DNA of 64,000 bases from Anaerolineales bacterium. GTDB taxonomy: Bacteria; Chloroflexota; Anaerolineae; Anaerolineales; UBA11579. Where the stretch lies: assembly GCA_040882365.1 (NCBI GenBank), contig JBBEBI010000037.1, positions 9,419-73,418 on the forward strand. Direction: 5' to 3'. The notes under the pieces are model-generated. The model had not been told where the DNA came from, made no database searches, and saw only the letters and a list, made by a program, of their open reading frames with translations. Made by a program: the position numbers and the translations under genes. Each line of letters begins with the position of its first letter. Within the stretch, counting starts at the first letter, position 1. Positions 9,480 to 18,977 of the stretch are shown here, piece by piece.

Positions 9480-11444
9480 CTAGCTCACTGCCGAGATTTC
9501 GCGCTCGCGCACCCAGTTCATAAGGCCGCCGGCGAGCACTATGGCAATTTCTCTCCGGCTAAAGTCGTGCTTTACCACAAATCGAACATCCTTATCTTTC
9601 ACGGCGATTTCCATCTCATTGCCGGATCCTGAAGCCAACCAGCTGCGCAGATTTTTCAAGATAAGCGTGTCGCCCTGCTCCAGCCAATTGTAAATCGATG
9701 GATATTTTAGGGTCAATGGTAGCACGCCATAGTTCACCAGATTTTGGCGGTGGATACGCGCGAAACCCTTGACAATTACCAGATCCAATCCCAGGTAGCG
9801 CGGCGCCAGGACGGCATGCTCACGACTGGAGCCTTGACCGTAATTTTCGCCGGCCAGGATGGCATGCCCACCCTCTTTGCGGCGTTCTTTGGCGCGGCTG
9901 GCGTATGTGGCATCCACAGTTTCGAATGTAAATTGGCTGATCATGGGAATATTACTGCGAAAGGGTAGGACCTTTACTGTCCCGGCCAGGATCTCATCCG
10001 TGGAAATGCCATCGCCAACCTTTAGGAGCACCGGGATTTCCAGGCGTTCGGGCAACGGCCGCATTTCTGGCAAGGATTGGATGTTCGGTCCCTTTACTAA
10101 TTGGACCTTTGCGGCTTCGTTGGCGGGCGGAGGTGTTTTCAGCATTTCACCATTGACCATGCGTTGTTGAGGAACTTCGACTTTTGGATACGGCAAATCC
10201 AGGCTTCGCGGATCCGTTACGACACCGGTGAGCGCTGCGGCCGCAGCAGTCTCTGGGCTACATAGAAAAACACTATCCTCTTTTTCTCCAGATCGTCCAG
10301 GGAAGTTACGCGGCACTGTGCGCAAGCTATTGCGGCCAGTGGCCGGCGCCTGGCCCATGCCGATGCAGCCGTTGCAACCGGCCTGATGCAGGCGCGCTCC
10401 GGCATGAATCAGAGACCAAAGGTGGCCATCCCGGATCAGCTCTTCCAACAATTGCCGCGAGGTGGGATTAATATCCAGTGACAAACCATCAGCAATTCTA
10501 CGGCCTTCGAGAATTTTGGAAACAATGGCAAAATCCCGGTAACCCGGATTGGCTGATGAGCCTATGTAGGCCTGGTAAACCTTCTCCCCGGCCACTTCTC
10601 TCACCGGTTTCACTTTCCCAGGACTACTGGGAAGTGCGATCAGGGGTTCCAGCGTGGAAAGATCGATCTCTTCCAAATAGTCATATTCTGCGTCTTCGTC
10701 TGCCTTCAATTCGATCCAATCGCTCCCACGGCCCTGCCCTTGTAGGAAGAGCTGCACTTCGCTATCCGAAGGAAAAACTGTCGAGGTAGCGCCGAGCTCG
10801 GTACCCATATTGGCAATAACATGGCGGTCCATGGCACTGAGCTCGCTCAACCCCGGACCGTAGTATTCGATGATGCAACCGATGGCGCCATCCACGTCGT
10901 GCCGGCGCAACATTTCCAGGATCACATCCTTGGCGCTCACCCAGGCGGGCAACTTACCGGTCAAGTTGATCCCCCAAATTCTCGGCATCTTCAAATAAAA
11001 AGGCTCCCCCGCAATGGCCATGGCCACGTCCAGGCCGCCAGCGCCGATAGCCAACATACCCAACCCGCCTGCTGCCGGTGTGTGGCTATCTGAACCCAGC
11101 AGCGTTTTTCCCGGCACGCCGAAGTGCTGCATGTGAATGGGATGGCTCACGCCATTACCGGGCCGGCTGAACCACAGCCCGAAACGTTCGGCCGCGCTTT
11201 CCAAGAATAAGTGGTCATCCGGATTTTTATGATCGGCCTGGATTAGGTTATGGTCGACGTATTGCACGCTCACTTCCGTGCGAGCGCGCGGCAAACGCAT
11301 GGCTTCAAGCTCCAGCATCACCAAGGTGCCAGTCGCATCCTGGGTAAGGGTCTGGTCGATGCGAATGGCAATTTCCTCCCCCGGCTGCATCGAACCTTCA
11401 ACTAAATGGCTGCCTATGAGCTTTTGAGTGAGATTAAGTACCAT
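9480..11444 (-). CDS. Aconitase-family hydratase (~650-aa 'putative aconitate hydratase' type)
   Basis: IDQTLTQDATG...GSDSHTPAAGGLG...CNGCIGMG are Fe-S cluster Cys motifs. The C-terminal swivel domain has GENYGQGSSREHA. Confidence 0.85.
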   Translation of the reverse strand: MVLNLTQKLIGSHLVEGSMQPGEEIAIRIDQTLTQDATGTLVMLELEAMRLPRARTEVSVQYVDHNLIQADHKNPDDHLFLESAAERFGLWFSRPGNGVSHPIHMQHFGVPGKTLLGSDSHTPAAGGLGMLAIGAGGLDVAMAIAGEPFYLKMPRIWGINLTGKLPAWVSAKDVILEMLRRHDVDGAIGCIIEYYGPGLSELSAMDRHVIANMGTELGATSTVFPSDSEVQLFLQGQGRGSDWIELKADEDAEYDYLEEIDLSTLEPLIALPSSPGKVKPVREVAGEKVYQAYIGSSANPGYRDFAIVSKILEGRRIADGLSLDINPTSRQLLEELIRDGHLWSLIHAGARLHQAGCNGCIGMGQAPATGRNSLRTVPRNFPGRSGEKEDSVFLCSPETAAAAALTGVVTDPRSLDLPYPKVEVPQQRMVNGEMLKTPPPANEAAKVQLVKGPNIQSLPEMRPLPERLEIPVLLKVGDGISTDEILAGTVKVLPFRSNIPMISQFTFETVDATYASRAKERRKEGGHAILAGENYGQGSSREHAVLAPRYLGLDLVIVKGFARIHRQNLVNYGVLPLTLKYPSIYNWLEQGDTLILKNLRSWLASGSGNEMEIAVKDKDVRFVVKHDFSRREIAIVLAGGLMNWVREREISAVS

Positions 11445-11523
11445 GTTAGTCTGGATAACGTAAGGCCACCTTTGGATTATATACCGGGAAGGTTCCGTAT
11501 TTTTCCTCGTATAATCCCCACTA

Positions 11524-11931
11524 ATGCCTCGGGGAAATAAGGGACCCTACCTGAAACCAGCCTGGTGGATCGCCTACGGGGTGGTCTGCGGGCTGGGTGC
11601 AGCCGGCCTCGTTTTATTGCTTGCCGCTCCGCGGCGCGGCAAGCCCATAGAATTGGTCCCGGCTCCCACCCGCCAAGCTACATCCACTTCCGAAGTCACC
11701 GAAGTTCCAATTGGTGACTCCGCCACAGTTTTTCCAATCAATATCAACACGGCCACAATCGATCAACTGGATCAATTGCCAGGCGTTGGTCCAACGCTGG
11801 CCCAAAGCATCGTGGCGTACCGAGAGTCCAACGGACCCTTTGAAACGCTCGATGATCTGCAGAACGTCCCGGGCATCGGGCCGCGGACTTTTGAAGCCAT
11901 CAGGCCATTTATTACCCTCGAGGATGGCTGA
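11524..11931 (+). CDS. comEA: ComEA-type helix-hairpin-helix DNA-binding (competence) protein
   Basis: N-terminal TM segment followed by ININTATIDQLDQLPGVGPTLAQSIVAYRESNGPFETLDDLQNVPGIGPRTFEAI, a tandem HhH. Confidence 0.8.
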   Translation: MPRGNKGPYLKPAWWIAYGVVCGLGAAGLVLLLAAPRRGKPIELVPAPTRQATSTSEVTEVPIGDSATVFPININTATIDQLDQLPGVGPTLAQSIVAYRESNGPFETLDDLQNVPGIGPRTFEAIRPFITLEDG

Positions 11932-12688
11932 TGCCCCACCCGATGTTGCTGGAGCGCTACCGAGCGCTGCTTGATCTGCCTACCCATAGCAAACTCGTAT
12001 CGCTGAACGAAGGCGTCACGCCGCTAGTTCCTTTGCCGCGCCTGGCAAACGAGCTTGGCGGCGGGTTCGAGCTTTACGCCAAATTCGAAGGGCTGAACCC
12101 GACTGGCTCTTTCAAGGACCGGGGCCTGACCGCCGCGGTTAGCGAAGCCTTCGGCCGCGGCGCCAAGGCGCTGATTTGCGCCTCCACCGGAAATACGGCC
12201 GCCAGCGCCGCGGCCTATGCCGCCCGCGCCGGGCTGCACTGCATCGTGCTCATCCCCGCCGACTGCCCCAAATGCTAGGCGTGCAGGCGGTGGGCGCGGC
12301 TCCACTGGTTTTGGGCCATCCGGTGGAGAATCCCGAAACCGAGGCCACCGCCATCCGCATCGGCAAGCCGGCGCGTGGCGAGCAGGCGCTCCAAGCGGCC
12401 GAGGAATCCGGCGGGCGCATCATTGCGACCAGCGATGAAGACATGCTGATGATGCAGCGCCGCCTGGCAGCCGAAGGTCTGTGGGTAGAGCCGGCTTCGG
12501 CCGCCGGGGCCGCCGGGCTGGCGAACGAAATCCAAGCGGGACACATGGATGTGAAAGGCGCCAAGATCGTTGTCGTGTGCACTGGCCACGGGCTGAAGGA
12601 CCCCGAAGCAGTCATCAAACAAATGCCTAAAATTAGCGCCTACCCTGCCGATATCGAATTGCTCACAAAAATAGTTATTGGGAATTAG
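11931..12688 (+). pseudogene. thrC: Threonine synthase disrupted by an internal deletion plus a frameshift
   Basis: The N-terminal piece (11931-12278) has NPTGSFKDRG (PLP Lys) and ASTGNTAASAAAYAA...CIVLIPAD, then stops. A second frame continues with LPQMLGVQAVGAAPLV...ETEATAIRIG...EPASAAG...CTGHGLKDP. About 105 aa that normally lie between these are absent: GKIAxGKL...NSxNPxRIEGQKT...PVGNAGN. The total span is 758 nt, not a multiple of 3. Confidence 0.7.
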
Positions 12689-12737
12689 AATCATTGCCCC
12701 TCAAAGGAATAGTGCCACCCACCTACTCGCCAAGAAA

Positions 12738-13679
12738 ATGAAATTAGATGCCGCCAAACGCGCCGCCATCAATGCCATGATCACCGTCCGCGTACCGGCC
12801 AGCACGGCCAACCTGGGGCCCGCCTTTGATTGCCTGGGTTTGGCGCTGGACCTGTGGAACGAAACTCAAATTGAATTTGAAGGCAAGAAGCTGTTTATTG
12901 AAATAAAAGGCGAGGAAGTCTCCGCCATTCCCGGGGATGAATCTAACCTAACCGTCCGCGCTTTTCTCCGCATCCACGAAGAACTAGGGGAGCGAGCCTC
13001 TTCTGGGTTGCACATTCTCTGTGCTCAGAACATCCCCATCAATGGCGGCTTGGGCAGCAGCGCCGCGGCGATTGCCAGTGGATTGCTGGCCGCCAACGCC
13101 TTGCTCGGCAATCCTATGAGCCTCGAGACACTGCTGCAATTGGGAGCCGCCATGGAAGGCCATGCTGACAATCTGGCCGCCGTCCTGTTTGGGGGCTTAG
13201 TACTGGTCACTGAGGAGAATGGCAGATACCGCGCTCAGAAACTGGAGTGCGCGCAGTTGCGCGCCGTTGTTGTGGCCCCGGATATAGAACTGCGCACCCC
13301 TGAATCGCGCCGCGCCTTGCCGCCTAAGGTACTCATGGCGAATGCCGTGTTCAACATCGGGCGCAGCCTGCAGGTTGCGGAGGCATTGCGCAGCGGCGAC
13401 ATCGCCGCTTTATCCGTCGCCATGCAGGACAAGCTGCACCAGCCATATCGCCTGCCGCTTATCCCCGGCGCAGCAGAGGCGATCCACGCCGCGCAGCAGG
13501 CCGGCGCGGCGGCCGCCGTCTCAGGCGCCGGCCCAAGCATCATCGCCTTTGTGGAAGAAGGCCGGGAAAAGGCTATCACCGAGGTTTTGCGCGCACCTTT
13601 CGCAGAGCGCGGCGTCAAGACCCGGCACTACTTATTGAGTAGCACCCCGGCTGGCGCCTCAATTCAGATCGATCACTGA
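12738..13679 (+). CDS. thrB: Homoserine kinase
   Basis: VRVPASTANLGPAFDCLGLAL and PINGGLGSSAAAIASG (GHMP kinase motif). The start is ambiguous: TTG 12678, ATG 12738 or ATG 12777. Confidence 0.85.
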   Translation: MKLDAAKRAAINAMITVRVPASTANLGPAFDCLGLALDLWNETQIEFEGKKLFIEIKGEEVSAIPGDESNLTVRAFLRIHEELGERASSGLHILCAQNIPINGGLGSSAAAIASGLLAANALLGNPMSLETLLQLGAAMEGHADNLAAVLFGGLVLVTEENGRYRAQKLECAQLRAVVVAPDIELRTPESRRALPPKVLMANAVFNIGRSLQVAEALRSGDIAALSVAMQDKLHQPYRLPLIPGAAEAIHAAQQAGAAAAVSGAGPSIIAFVEEGREKAITEVLRAPFAERGVKTRHYLLSSTPAGASIQIDH

Positions 13680-13702
13680 AAGCGCAACGCCGATTTGTTC
13701 CT

Positions 13703-14257
13703 CTACAGCTTCGGTAGCTCGATGGACTGTTGTTTCTGGTACTTCCCCTTCTTATCAGCATATGAGACGCGGCACTCTTCGTCGGCCTCGAAGAATAAGA
13801 CCTGGGCGATTCCTTCGTTCGCATAGATCTTGGCGGGCAGCGGGGTTGTGTTCGAGATTTCGAGGGTGACGAAACCCTCCCACTCCGGCTCAAATGGCGT
13901 TACATTCACAATAATGCCGCAGCGGGCGTAGGTACTTTTCCCAAGGCACACGGTAAGCACCTTGCGCGGGATGCGGAAATACTCCACGGTGCGCGCCAGC
14001 GCAAAGGAGTTGGGCGGTATAACGCATACCTCACCCCTGAAATCCACCATGGATTTCTCGTCGAAGTGCTTGGGGTCAACGATGGCAGAGAATACATTAG
14101 TGAAGATTTTGAACTCCTCCGCCACGCGTATGTCATACCCGTAAGAAGATACGCCAAATGAAATCATTCCCTGGCGCACCTGGTTGGGCTCGAAGGGTTC
14201 GATCATGCGGTGTTCGCGGGCCATTTTCTCGATCCAGTGGTCTGGTTTTAATCCCAT
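13703..14257 (-). CDS. dcd: dCTP deaminase
   Basis: [22 protein letters not shown]...SSYGYDIRV...[13 protein letters not shown]...GFVTLEISN. Confidence 0.9.
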   Translation of the reverse strand: MGLKPDHWIEKMAREHRMIEPFEPNQVRQGMISFGVSSYGYDIRVAEEFKIFTNVFSAIVDPKHFDEKSMVDFRGEVCVIPPNSFALARTVEYFRIPRKVLTVCLGKSTYARCGIIVNVTPFEPEWEGFVTLEISNTTPLPAKIYANEGIAQVLFFEADEECRVSYADKKGKYQKQQSIELPKL

Positions 14258-14270
14258 CTCTACTCCTCGG

Positions 14271-15941
14271 CTATTCGCCCTCATCCCAAATACTGGCGTT
14301 GAAAATCAGGGTAAGGAAATTTGTGCGCTCATCCGGCGTCATAAAACGCGGTTTGGCGAAATCCACGAATTGGATGGTAATCAACTCGGTACTAATGTAT
14401 CTGCCCTCATAAAACACGTGCCTTGCGATCAGAGCGCGGTCACTGTTGTCAACCACGCCGCGTTGGTCGAAGAACAGGTTGCCCAGCCCATAGGTAATGA
14501 TGGCGTCGTCACGGGGAAATTCGATGCCATGCGACTGGTGCGCCTGGCTGCCGCTCACGATTGTGGCCCCGGCCGTTGAAACGCGGCCGAAATCACGGAC
14601 CAGCGTTTCCGCGGGAATGAACTGATAGACCTCGTTGTGCTGGAATGTTGCGATAACCAGATAGCCCTGCTCCACCAGCTCGCGGATCTTAGCTTCCATG
14701 TACTCATAATCGCAGGCCCAGGTGCCCGGATAATCTTCACGGGCGGAGGCATAGCTGCCACCCTTGCCGTTGCAACCGATGAAAGCGATCTTGTTTCCGT
14801 TGTGCTCAAAGAACAGGGGCTGCATCGCCTCGGCGATATTTGCGCCGCCGCCATAATAGGGCCAGCCGCGTTCGTCATAAAGTTCCAGCGTGTATAGCAT
14901 CGCGTCGCGGGACCAATCGTTGAAATGGTCGCCGGTTAATTCAACTACATCGACACCCACCGCCTCCAGCAAATCAATGTAGCTAGCATCGCTGCAGAAG
15001 ATCAAGTTGCGCTGCACCGGGTCCGGCGGCGGGCAATCCCGGGCGAAGGGCACTTCGTTGCTGATGTGGGTAATATCCGCCTCACGCAGCATGGGGCCGA
15101 TGTCTTCCGCGGGATAGGTGACGCCTCTCCGATTCATCTCATAGGCGGTAGCGCGTACCAGGGCCGTTACCCCAGTCAGGATGACCGTAGTCAACTTGTC
15201 TGGATTGCGATTGCTGACAGGGGCCATCAGCGTCTCGGCTTCCAAAGCAGCTGTTACGAGTGCTGGATCGCCGCTAAGGCCTATGGGCACAGATAGTAGG
15301 TAAACCTCAGGATCGAATTCTTTCCAGATCGGGGACCGTCCATCGACAGCTAGCACCTTCCATTTGGGTTGCAGCTCTTCGAACGGCACAATAGCCCAAG
15401 ATGGCTGGGAGGCCCAGGCTGCCTCGAGTAACTGGTTGGAATCTTCGACCTGCACAGCACCAGCATCTGGCTCACCCCACCAGGCGCTGAAGACAGCTTC
15501 GGTTTCGGCGCTCATCATCAGCGGCGCACCGTCGAATGGTCTGCCATCAGCTCCATCCCAAGCCGCCTGCACATCGTCGAACGTGACCTCGTCCGTTAGC
15601 GTAGGGAACGGCGCCACTAACGCGTACACCCACATGCTAATTGTCTGGCCGTCATCAATCGAAATGCGCAGTTGAGTCGCATCTTTATCATCGAGTATGG
15701 TCGACTCTTCCGGGAGCGAGAGTGCCTCCACGTAACCGGAGGGTAAATCCGGTGAGAACCACCAGGTGTTCGTTGCTGCGGCCGGCACCGTTGCCTCCGC
15801 AGGGACAGGGTCACCGGCCAGCGGCATGAAAGGCGTGGCGGTCGCCGCCGAGAAAGCAGCTCCCCCGGCGGGGACCTGCGGGAAATTGCAGGCCGCGCTC
15901 AGCAGCACGCAGGACAGCAGGGCGAAACGGATTAGCCGCAT
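14271..15941 (-). CDS. CapA/PGA_cap-family metallophosphatase-like lipoprotein with an uncharacterised N-terminal half
   Basis: Lipobox [18 protein letters not shown] at Met 15941. The C-terminal half has [11 protein letters not shown]...IAFIGCN...ATFQHNEVY...[10 protein letters not shown]...GLGNLFFDQ, typical of the CapA family. The longer track start (16103) overlaps the next gene. Confidence 0.75.
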   Translation of the reverse strand: MRLIRFALLSCVLLSAACNFPQVPAGGAAFSAATATPFMPLAGDPVPAEATVPAAATNTWWFSPDLPSGYVEALSLPEESTILDDKDATQLRISIDDGQTISMWVYALVAPFPTLTDEVTFDDVQAAWDGADGRPFDGAPLMMSAETEAVFSAWWGEPDAGAVQVEDSNQLLEAAWASQPSWAIVPFEELQPKWKVLAVDGRSPIWKEFDPEVYLLSVPIGLSGDPALVTAALEAETLMAPVSNRNPDKLTTVILTGVTALVRATAYEMNRRGVTYPAEDIGPMLREADITHISNEVPFARDCPPPDPVQRNLIFCSDASYIDLLEAVGVDVVELTGDHFNDWSRDAMLYTLELYDERGWPYYGGGANIAEAMQPLFFEHNGNKIAFIGCNGKGGSYASAREDYPGTWACDYEYMEAKIRELVEQGYLVIATFQHNEVYQFIPAETLVRDFGRVSTAGATIVSGSQAHQSHGIEFPRDDAIITYGLGNLFFDQRGVVDNSDRALIARHVFYEGRYISTELITIQFVDFAKPRFMTPDERTNFLTLIFNASIWDEGE

Positions 15942-15954
15942 TGGTCTTGTCGGT

Positions 15955-17496
15955 TTATTGGATTTCAAATCCGCCGCGGGCCTGTACCTGCACGCGAATC
16001 TCATTTTCCAATTCGGCGGCTTCTTTTTCAATCGAGCGCAACTCCTTGACGAGTTTCGCTCCATCTTTATTTTCGCCCAGGGAATGCACGTTGATGCGCA
16101 CATTCAGGCTCGAACCAGACAGGCAGGCGCGTGCCAGGGCCGCGGCCGCACCCGCGTCGCTGATGGCGTTCGTGTTTCCAAGTCTTGCCGCTTCTCTCGC
16201 CAGCTGCAGGCACTCGGTAGCCATGCGGGCTACTGCCAGCGGCTGGCGGGCGGCCTCCAGGGTTGCGGCCTGGAGGGCTTCCTGGCGTTTCTTTTTCTCT
16301 TTGTCAGTTCCTTTTGATAATTTGAGCGCAGCCATCACCGCATCGAACGCAGCGATATCTTTATCCACCGCTTCCAGGAAAGCGGCACGCAACGCATCCG
16401 CCTTATGGACCAGTTCGGCCATCTGGGCTTCCACATCGGCATACTTTTTCTTTCCCATGGTCAGCCGGCCTACCATGCCCACCAGGGCTGCTGCCAGTGC
16501 CCCAGCATAAGCGGCCGCCGAGCCGCCCCCCGGAGTTGGAGTGGCGGAGGCCAGCGCTTCAATAAAGGTATTTTGCCCCGCGTGGACTAGCGCCTCCGGC
16601 TGGCCGGCATGCAGGCGTCGCTCCAGCACCTGCTGGCGGTCGAATGGGACCAATTGCAGGTACCAGGCAGCGGCATCCTCCAGTGCTTCTTGAGGGATCA
16701 GGCCTACCAATTCGCTCTTGGCGATCGAGACGCCATATCGCTCCGCCTCGCCTCGGATCATTTGCACTACCCGCGCCACTGGAGTCTGGCGGAAATTGGT
16801 CAGGTTCATGGAAACCTGGGCTTGGCCGTCCACCAGGAAACCAGCGGCCTTTACAAAGGGCAGGCCGCCCGAGGACTGCCGCACCACCTTTGCGATCTTC
16901 TTAGCGATGTCAACATCATCTGTATTCAGATACACGTTGTAGGCAATCAGCGGTTGCCGGGCGCCGATGGCCACTGCGCCTGCCTTGCCCAGCTCGGCCG
17001 GGCCGAAGTCGGGCTGGCGGGTAGGGTCGCTGGAGATGGTTTCGCGAATCCCTTCATATTCGCCGCGGCGCACGTTCTCCAGGTTGCGACGCTCTGGACG
17101 CATGGCAGCTTCTTCATACAAATAGACGGGGATGCCTAATTCATCGCCGACGCGTTTTCCCAGATTGTTGGCCAGCAGAATGCAATCCTGCATGCCGATA
17201 CCCGCGATAGGCACGAAAGGCACCACATCCGCCGCGCCCATCCGTGGATGCTCCCCTTTATGTTTGGTCATGTCGATCAGCTCTGCAGCTTTGACAACCC
17301 CACGATAGGCCGCCTCGCCGACCGCGGCTGGCGCGCCCACAAATGTGATGACGCTGCGATTATGGTCGGCATCCGAGCTGCGATCCAATAGCGTGATGCC
17401 ATCCACTGAGCAGATGGCATCCACGATAGCGTCGACGACTTCAGGCCGCCGGCCTTCGGAGAAGTTGGGGATACATTCGACAATTTGGGAGGACAT
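15955..17496 (-). CDS. Bifunctional glutamate formimidoyltransferase / formimidoyltetrahydrofolate cyclodeaminase
   Basis: The N terminus MSSQIVECIPNFSEGRR is the formiminotransferase signature. The C-terminal ~200 aa, ALASATPTPGGGSAAAYAGALAAALVGMV, is a cyclodeaminase domain. Confidence 0.85.
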   Translation of the reverse strand: MSSQIVECIPNFSEGRRPEVVDAIVDAICSVDGITLLDRSSDADHNRSVITFVGAPAAVGEAAYRGVVKAAELIDMTKHKGEHPRMGAADVVPFVPIAGIGMQDCILLANNLGKRVGDELGIPVYLYEEAAMRPERRNLENVRRGEYEGIRETISSDPTRQPDFGPAELGKAGAVAIGARQPLIAYNVYLNTDDVDIAKKIAKVVRQSSGGLPFVKAAGFLVDGQAQVSMNLTNFRQTPVARVVQMIRGEAERYGVSIAKSELVGLIPQEALEDAAAWYLQLVPFDRQQVLERRLHAGQPEALVHAGQNTFIEALASATPTPGGGSAAAYAGALAAALVGMVGRLTMGKKKYADVEAQMAELVHKADALRAAFLEAVDKDIAAFDAVMAALKLSKGTDKEKKKRQEALQAATLEAARQPLAVARMATECLQLAREAARLGNTNAISDAGAAAALARACLSGSSLNVRINVHSLGENKDGAKLVKELRSIEKEAAELENEIRVQVQARGGFEIQ

Positions 17497-17582
17497 GGGG
17501 AAACCGCGGGTGATTATACCGTCAGGTCTGCTTATACCTTATGATAGGGATGGAGTTGCTCGTCCTTCAAACGCAAATCAAA

Positions 17583-18761
17583 CTACAACTTGCCAATCAA
17601 CCCCGCTCCCACCTTCGGCCCCACGGCGCGCATCAAGCCGCGGGCGGCGTCCACTTTGTCCCACACATTCCACAGTAGCACGCCGCGCAGGTGGCCGTTA
17701 TCCAGATAGTAGACCACGCCCTTCTTATACGGCTTTTCCTTCCAATCTTCGACCATCTCATAACGCGAGTTGAGCGAGCCGACCGCCTCGTAGCCCAGTT
17801 CGAACAAATCGGAATAGAACATGGGAATGTGGTCATAAGGTTGCGCATGGCCCGCCATGCTGCGGCCGGCGGCCTTGCCCATGGTATTAGTATTATCCTC
17901 GTGCTCGACGCGCACGCGCCCACCCAACAGCCCATTGGCAAAATTGGCCACATCACCGGCAGCGAAGATTTTGGCAAGACTGGTCTGCAAGTCCTCGCCA
18001 ACCTCGATGCCGTTATCAACGGCCAGGCCTATCTGCTGGGCCAGCTCCACGTTGGGCTGGATGCCGATGCCTGCCACCACGTGGTCGACCTCCAACTTCT
18101 TGCCGCTCTTGGTTTCAATTTCGGCGCCCTGACCGCTAGCACGCACCTCGGTCACTTGTTCCCTGCACCAAACTTGAATGCCTTTACCGTCAAAGTATGC
18201 ATTCAAATAGGCAACAAGACCCGTCGGAAAGATGTTGCTGCAGATACCCGAGCCGGGGAAAATGATGGTGACCTGGACATTGTGCATGGCCAAGGCCGCG
18301 GCCAGTTCGGAACCAATGAAGCCGCCGCCGATCACGGCAAAACGGCCACCCTTGTCGGCTTGCTGGCGCAAAAACAGATAATCGTCTAAGGTGCGAAAAT
18401 ATCGGATAAGGCCTTTGCCAAAAGGCAGCTCGCGCGGCCGGCCGCCGGTGGCCAGCAGCAGCTTCTCGTATTCATATTCGACGCCCTGGTCATCGGTAAC
18501 AGTTTTTGCGCGCGCGTCGACCGCGGTGACACGTTGATTCAGGTAGAGATCCACATTGTGTTTGGCGGTCTGGCGCCAGATGTCATCCAGTTTCTTTTTG
18601 CCGGTCCACAGACCCTTAGTGAGCGGCGGCCGGATATAGGGCGGATAGTTCTCCGCGCCGATCAAGGCGATGGCGCCTTCTTTGTCGACCTCGCGGATGC
18701 CCTGCACGGCGGCATCTCCTGCCATGCCGCCACCAACGATGATGTATTTGTAAGCTTTCAT
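17583..18761 (-). CDS. FAD-dependent pyridine nucleotide-disulfide oxidoreductase (AIF/ferredoxin-reductase-like)
   Basis: YKYIIVGGGMAGDAA (FAD GxGxxG), a second dinucleotide fold FAVIGGGFIGSELAA, and FAAGDVA. Confidence 0.8.
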   Translation of the reverse strand: MKAYKYIIVGGGMAGDAAVQGIREVDKEGAIALIGAENYPPYIRPPLTKGLWTGKKKLDDIWRQTAKHNVDLYLNQRVTAVDARAKTVTDDQGVEYEYEKLLLATGGRPRELPFGKGLIRYFRTLDDYLFLRQQADKGGRFAVIGGGFIGSELAAALAMHNVQVTIIFPGSGICSNIFPTGLVAYLNAYFDGKGIQVWCREQVTEVRASGQGAEIETKSGKKLEVDHVVAGIGIQPNVELAQQIGLAVDNGIEVGEDLQTSLAKIFAAGDVANFANGLLGGRVRVEHEDNTNTMGKAAGRSMAGHAQPYDHIPMFYSDLFELGYEAVGSLNSRYEMVEDWKEKPYKKGVVYYLDNGHLRGVLLWNVWDKVDAARGLMRAVGPKVGAGLIGKL

Positions 18762-18977
18762 GGCGCCTCCGTCTTCATTAAAGCAGAGAAAAGAATAAGG
18801 TACAAGCTCGCACCTATAGTAAGGAACGTCGGAAAGATTATTCCAATACAGGCCAATGAAGTTAGTTGAATTCAGGGCGCAAGGCGTTGACTAGCCAAAC
18901 CAATTATGCAACTCTAACGGGATTCGACTGGCAACTTCCTTGCAACCTTTGTATAACAATCCAGCCCACTCGAGTCC

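Noticed and set aside
12176-12688. 170-aa ORF as an independent gene
   Set aside because: From LPQMLGVQAVGAAP onward it is the C-terminal third of threonine synthase. Its N-terminal ~30 aa are out-of-frame readthrough of the thrC 5' part. It is treated as part of the thrC pseudogene.
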